A stretch of 64,000 nucleotides of DNA, taken from IMG/VR virus record IMGVR_UViG_3300050014_000823, positions 186,001 through 250,000 of that record, one strand, 5' to 3'. Position 1 is the stretch's first letter. Each line of letters begins with the position of its first letter. The position numbers and the translations under genes are program-made. Below, piece by piece: positions 59,409 to 64,000 of this stretch. The notes under the pieces are model-generated. The model had not been told where the DNA came from, did no database searches, and saw nothing but the letters and a program-made list of their open reading frames with translations.

Positions 59409-60062
59409 TTAATCGCTCCACCCTCTTAAACCTGCGTTTAGATGAATATACCCAACTTGTGGTGGCATTTCAACATTATATAGCATAGATTCACTGTGTA
59501 CATATTTAATTATATTTGATTTTAAGTTTGTTGTTGCAATTTTTTTATAAAACCAAAGTTCGGGACAAATACTACCATTTTTATATTTGTCAATTTCCGA
59601 TTCACTTTTTAATAGCGAAATTTTAGTAAACAATGCTTCAACCGCCCTTCTATTCATAAATATCACTTCCATCATTGCATATTCATTGCCATACCACACG
59701 GGGTTTCTATATACTAAATCACATTTATTTTCGAAAACACTTGTTATATGGTTCATAACAACATCAATAGACTTTGGATTTATTCTGACATCATCGTGTG
59801 AAAAAATTAAAACATCGAAATCTGTTTCCAATGACATATTACATGACAACATCAGTCCATTAACACATCCAATTTTATGTTGGGGTGTTTCCATGTAATA
59901 TTTAATACTTAGGTTATTTTCTTGACTAAAAAACTCATCATTTTTATAACTATTACACGCAATAAACTCTTGTGCGTCAGGAAAAAAACTTCTTTCAATA
60001 TTTATTGTTTCCTTTAACGTTTTAAATCTATTATAAACATTATGTGCAAAAACTATTTTCAT
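59409..60062 (-). CDS. Putative GT-A glycosyltransferase
   Basis: N-terminal .YNR..L, FSHDDV; located in the glycan operon. Confidence 0.55.
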   Translation of the reverse strand: MKIVFAHNVYNRFKTLKETINIERSFFPDAQEFIACNSYKNDEFFSQENNLSIKYYMETPQHKIGCVNGLMLSCNMSLETDFDVLIFSHDDVRINPKSIDVVMNHITSVFENKCDLVYRNPVWYGNEYAMMEVIFMNRRAVEALFTKISLLKSESEIDKYKNGSICPELWFYKKIATTNLKSNIIKYVHSESMLYNVEMPPQVGYIHLNAGLRGWSD

Positions 60063-60071
60063 CTTACTAAT

Positions 60072-60800
60072 TTACCATATACAAACTTTATTTAATGTGT
60101 CAGCACCACGCAAATACCCTCTTGTTGGACCAAGACTCATCATTGAATCTAATGTCGAACCTGCGTCCAGATAAGTGTTGTTGGGGGAAGACTTAAAACA
60201 TTCCATGATTAGAATGTTCGAAAACGGACCTGCACAGAAGAGAAACAAATGATTTTCAATTTTTTTCTCTTCGATATATTTTTTCATCTTACCAACCAAC
60301 TCAAAATCTTGCATCCACGCATTAGTACCAACGTAAAACGTCTGTACTATTTTACCTGCAAAGGGCAAGTGATTAATAACTGCCTTGTTGTTTACTACCA
60401 TAACAACATTATAATTGTTAAACTCAGGAATTATTGTTTTCACATAGTTGGGATAGTTTGCATTGACAAATATATTACCCCATGTCAGATGCTCATCGTC
60501 CTGTCCTGTTAGTGCTTTTAATTTTTCGTGTTTCTCGTTACCAACACAACATCTACATGCAATTCCAACATAATAATTGTCTGCCTTGTATTGTGCAGAT
60601 TCAAGTAATTTTTCCCTGAAGTATCCGTGGTCTGGTTGATTTGGGTCATAAATAAACTCACCGTTTAATTTTTGCCTTAAGTCAATGAATTCGTTGAAAA
60701 GAATAATCATTTCACCGTCATTGTTTCTTGAAACAGCAAAAGGTATGTGATTTTTTATCTTTTCTTGAAACTTTATAAAATCTCCACCAAATGTTTTCAT
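60072..60800 (-). CDS. GT-D fold (DUF1792-like) glycosyltransferase-like protein
   Basis: SRNNDGE (R.xDGE), LFCAGP, LDAGS. Confidence 0.6.
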   Translation of the reverse strand: MKTFGGDFIKFQEKIKNHIPFAVSRNNDGEMIILFNEFIDLRQKLNGEFIYDPNQPDHGYFREKLLESAQYKADNYYVGIACRCCVGNEKHEKLKALTGQDDEHLTWGNIFVNANYPNYVKTIIPEFNNYNVVMVVNNKAVINHLPFAGKIVQTFYVGTNAWMQDFELVGKMKKYIEEKKIENHLFLFCAGPFSNILIMECFKSSPNNTYLDAGSTLDSMMSLGPTRGYLRGADTLNKVCIW

Positions 60801-60801
60801 A

Positions 60802-61536
60802 TCATTTAATATTATTTACAGTTTTCCAACCATTATTTATACAATGTACACAAATCTCACCACGTAAATCCAGGTGATTTCCAATTCTCCATGAAGCATT
60901 TGCATCACTGCCAACCTCATTACCTGTTCGAAAATCCGAACTCCAGAGATTCTGATTATTATCTGGATGTGGTGGAACAAATGTATTAATGTTGCCGTAC
61001 TTTTGTGCTAAGTAAGAAAATGTAATATCTTCACCATTATCCCAAGAATATGGCTTTTCATACCACATATATTTTGCCCATTCTTGTCTAAAAAACCAAG
61101 CATGTCCAACTAAATCAACACGTTCAACTTTATTGGAGTGTCCACCATTCCAACCGAACTTATGATGAGGATAATACCCTTTACAGTCAACAATTACACC
61201 ACTACCACCAAGTATACCGTTGCTTTCAGGTTTTTCAATTGTTTCTACACAATTTTTAAACCAGTCCTTCTGTGGAAGTATATCATCATCAAACATTGCA
61301 ACGAACTTTGTTTTAAGCATTGGTAGTATGGAAAATCTACCCCAAAATTTAGTGTTCCAGTTACATGCATATGTTCGTATATCTTTATCAACAGGAAAAT
61401 ATTGTGCAACATCTGTTTTATTGTACCAAACATGAATGTTTTCGCTTTTAATTTCAACTGACTGTGCCTTTACTGCTTGAATTTGTCTTTCGAGCATATA
61501 GGGTCTTTTATATACATTTAATACAACACTAATCAT
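60802..61536 (-). CDS. GT2-like glycosyltransferase
   Basis: ISVVLNVYKRP, FDDD, GEDI. Confidence 0.75.
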   Translation of the reverse strand: MISVVLNVYKRPYMLERQIQAVKAQSVEIKSENIHVWYNKTDVAQYFPVDKDIRTYACNWNTKFWGRFSILPMLKTKFVAMFDDDILPQKDWFKNCVETIEKPESNGILGGSGVIVDCKGYYPHHKFGWNGGHSNKVERVDLVGHAWFFRQEWAKYMWYEKPYSWDNGEDITFSYLAQKYGNINTFVPPHPDNNQNLWSSDFRTGNEVGSDANASWRIGNHLDLRGEICVHCINNGWKTVNNIK

Positions 61537-62510
61537 AATTTTTCAATATATTTTTGAGTATAAACACCGCCACCCCTTCTTGAGTCTGCATGAAGTTGTG
61601 AATCATCATTGCCGTCATGATAAACCATAGAATATTGTGTTCTGAAAATCCAACAACTCATTTCTTTAATTGCATCGTTTATTTGATTCCACGCACGCAC
61701 AGGTGTTCCTGGTTTACTCACCGCAACAGCATCAACGGGTTTCATCTTATATTCCATGTGTTTAATAACAGCATCGTCTATTAGTGCAATTCCATCCACA
61801 AAATCTTTTCTCTGCCACCATTGTTCGTGCTCAGTTATTTTTTTAAATGACCATAAATGTGGTGCAATTGCCATAATTCTGCCATTTTCTGCCTTTTTAC
61901 TAAAAAACATATCCACAACCGCATCCAAGAATCCTTTAGAAAGTATAAAATCGTCATCCATCTGTAAAACAACATGACAAGTAATATTCTTTAAAAATTC
62001 CCACATCTGATTATAACAATACCAGTGCAACACCTTTCCGTTGGGGGTTTTATTTTCAATGTATGTAAGATTTGAAAACTCATTTATTAAACTACCATAT
62101 CTCGTATCAGTTGAACCGTCATTGAGAAGTATTATTTTTATTGTATATTTTGTTGGTTGCTCGTGAAATTGTTGTATTAATCTCCGAACCTTTTCATATC
62201 TATTGTGTGACGGTATGCAAATAACTACGTCATAATCAACAAATGCTTTTTTTTCATATATTCTAAAGCCACTTGCGCCATTTTCAGCACGTAAAGCAGT
62301 ACGTTCAGAATTATTTAATCGACTCACATCAATATATGTGTTCTGTTTATCTTGTAAATAGACATCAGCACGTTTTCTATTTCTAATTTCATCCAAATCA
62401 TCCATTGCTTTATTTCCTCTTTTATCGAGAAATAATAATTTCTGATTTCGTAATTCGATTTTCTTCTCGATTAACCTCTTTCTCGAAATTTTTTGCCTTT
62501 TCATTACCAA
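61533..62510 (-). CDS. GT2-like glycosyltransferase with a basic N-terminal extension
   Basis: ICIPSHNR, LNDGSTD, QMDDDF. Confidence 0.75.
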   Translation of the reverse strand: MVMKRQKISRKRLIEKKIELRNQKLLFLDKRGNKAMDDLDEIRNRKRADVYLQDKQNTYIDVSRLNNSERTALRAENGASGFRIYEKKAFVDYDVVICIPSHNRYEKVRRLIQQFHEQPTKYTIKIILLNDGSTDTRYGSLINEFSNLTYIENKTPNGKVLHWYCYNQMWEFLKNITCHVVLQMDDDFILSKGFLDAVVDMFFSKKAENGRIMAIAPHLWSFKKITEHEQWWQRKDFVDGIALIDDAVIKHMEYKMKPVDAVAVSKPGTPVRAWNQINDAIKEMSCWIFRTQYSMVYHDGNDDSQLHADSRRGGGVYTQKYIEKL

Positions 62511-64000
62511 CTTTCAGCTATAACTTCCTCATATAGTGTAAATACTTTATTGGCAGAAAAGTCCGAGTGATATTTTTCCAAGTCCTGTGGAACTTCCTGT
62601 AATTCCTTATTTTGAATGTTTCCTTGGTCATCCACAACATATATCCAACCTGGTTTTCCACATAAAAATCCCTCAATGGTTGTTCTGCCTTTAAAAATTC
62701 CTGCAGTATAGTCACACTTCTTAATGTATTCTTCGACATTCTGCTTAACCCCAAGATATTTCACATGGTCGCCAACGAGAATATTAGCATACCCGCCATT
62801 ATCCGCACCGATTATCTGTAATAATTGACCATTCGTTCTGGTCATTTCAACTAAGTCGAGTAAAATGTTTTTTCTTAAATGGTCAAGTGTACCAATAAAC
62901 AGTACAATCTCTTTGGGATTCTTAACAGGCGTATAGTTTGTATTAAACCTCTTAGTATCGAATGGATTGTCAATTGTGACAATCTTATCAGCCTCAATAC
63001 CGTAAGACCTAATATAATCGGTGATGCTATCACGAATACTTATGTATCTCGCAATTCTTGGATTGATAATTGGTTCTTCGAAGGTAGGTATGACTTCGCT
63101 TCTGACATGCATAACTGCAGGAGTATTCGGGTATAAGCCTAACATAAGTTCCCCGATAGGTTTGTGGTTAATGTGAATGATATCGAATTCCTGCTCATTT
63201 TTAATAAAATGAAATTTACCGTCTTGGTCCAGTACATAATTGGGTAAATTTATGTAACTGCAAACTCTTACACCATTTGCAAGTGCTTTCTTGTGTAATG
63301 GTTCGCCAACAACTTGAGAAATTATAGTAACATCACAACCCTGTTTAACAAGTTCCTTTGAAAGTTCGTAATTTGACATTTCAGAACCCGTGTAGTTTTT
63401 AAAGAACTGACAGCAGAGCAGTACTTTTAATCTACCCTCAGAAACATGACGAATAGGTAAATTATATTCACTGGCGAACTTTATCCTATTTCTGTCCCAA
63501 TCTGGATTAGTTTGACCCATTGACTTGTGTAATACTCTTATTGAGGCGGTTACACCAATATTAACATCTTTCAGATAGTTATCTACACAAAATGGTAAGT
63601 CATAAAAGTGAAATAAACCATAATTCTCGTTGAAATTTTTAACTATTTGGTCGGGGTCAACACCCATGAATAAACCATCAATAATTATAACTGGTTTTAC
63701 TCCGTTGAATTGTGGTGAATACTCACTTACCCATGTACTCATGCCGTTTGTGTGTTCAACAATACCATACATTTTGCTTCTGTCTTCCCACCACATGCCA
63801 GATGCCGGGAGAAATGTTGTCCCCGCAAGTCCAATAATTGCGTAGTCGGTATGATTAAATTGGTTTAACAATACTTTTCCCCAGTTTTTTGTCTTATATA
63901 CCATGTCGTTATGACAAAAAACAAACACACAATCTTTTTCTGCGTGGGTTTTTAGTGCATCGTTATAAATCTGTGGCAAACCAAACTGTCCAAAGTTCGG
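62504..64000 (-). CDS. Bifunctional glycosyltransferase (GT-A N-terminal plus GT4-like C-terminal); 5'-truncated by the window end
   Basis: FCHND..IGLAG..IDG..FHFYD, then GSEM..YELSKEL..G.DV, NPFD, GRTTIEG; frame open to 64000. Confidence 0.8.
   Translation of the reverse strand, partial: PNFGQFGLPQIYNDALKTHAEKDCVFVFCHNDMVYKTKNWGKVLLNQFNHTDYAIIGLAGTTFLPASGMWWEDRSKMYGIVEHTNGMSTWVSEYSPQFNGVKPVIIIDGLFMGVDPDQIVKNFNENYGLFHFYDLPFCVDNYLKDVNIGVTASIRVLHKSMGQTNPDWDRNRIKFASEYNLPIRHVSEGRLKVLLCCQFFKNYTGSEMSNYELSKELVKQGCDVTIISQVVGEPLHKKALANGVRVCSYINLPNYVLDQDGKFHFIKNEQEFDIIHINHKPIGELMLGLYPNTPAVMHVRSEVIPTFEEPIINPRIARYISIRDSITDYIRSYGIEADKIVTIDNPFDTKRFNTNYTPVKNPKEIVLFIGTLDHLRKNILLDLVEMTRTNGQLLQIIGADNGGYANILVGDHVKYLGVKQNVEEYIKKCDYTAGIFKGRTTIEGFLCGKPGWIYVVDDQGNIQNKELQEVPQDLEKYHSDFSANKVFTLYEEVIAESW

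Noticed and set aside
216-63845. Numerous short plus-strand and alternate-frame ORFs (e.g. 216-731, 43515-44258, 44817-45383, 17399-17608 poly-Val)
   Set aside because: They are antisense or frame shadows of well-supported minus-strand genes, with no motifs or promoters of their own
1-64000. Alternative genetic code (TAG/TGA recoding) as in some large Bacteroidota phages
   Set aside because: Core genes are full-length and tightly packed under code 11, and TAG/TGA serve as normal stops at coupled gene junctions; the single suspicious TAG (37662) ends a fragment
52868-64000. Bacterial chromosomal LPS/capsule locus
   Set aside because: No flippase, polymerase or export genes; phage late motifs, homing endonucleases and T4-like replication genes are contiguous with the same strand bias

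Overview
This 64-kb, AT-rich window is almost entirely minus-strand and is most consistent with a segment of a large (jumbo-type) tailed dsDNA phage infecting a Bacteroidota host. The host call rests on TAnnTTTG promoters and the lack of Shine-Dalgarno sites; the genetic code is standard. It contains five blocks. (i) A T4-like replication/recombination set: family-B DNA polymerase, HARP-SNF2 helicase, DnaB/gp41-like helicase, 5'-3' exonuclease, RecA/UvsX and a gp32-like SSB. (ii) About 22 kb of mosaic, Cys/Gly/Thr-rich virion fibre/adhesin paralogs, with an LRR protein, a Thr-rich mucin-like protein and an embedded GT9-like glycosyltransferase. (iii) Putative head/internal proteins. (iv) A glycan operon with ADP-heptose synthesis genes, WecB, several glycosyltransferases and methyltransferases. 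(v) Eight homing-endonuclease-like genes scattered through the window. The most striking element is at about 32.7-39.3 kb: a non-coding RNA operon (host-type promoter, three boxA-like sites, a tRNA-Met, a terminator). It carries five RNA units sharing a conserved, covarying stem 'handle' (RRGAAACT..GT..TACAGT) fitted with different cargoes, including a circularly permuted tRNA-Asn-like domain and other tRNA mimics. Directly downstream lie a TROVE/Ro60-like vWA gene and an ARPP/DUF6569-like gene. This suggests a phage-encoded Ro/Y-RNA-like ribonucleoprotein system. Family assignments come from motif recognition only; no database searches were run.
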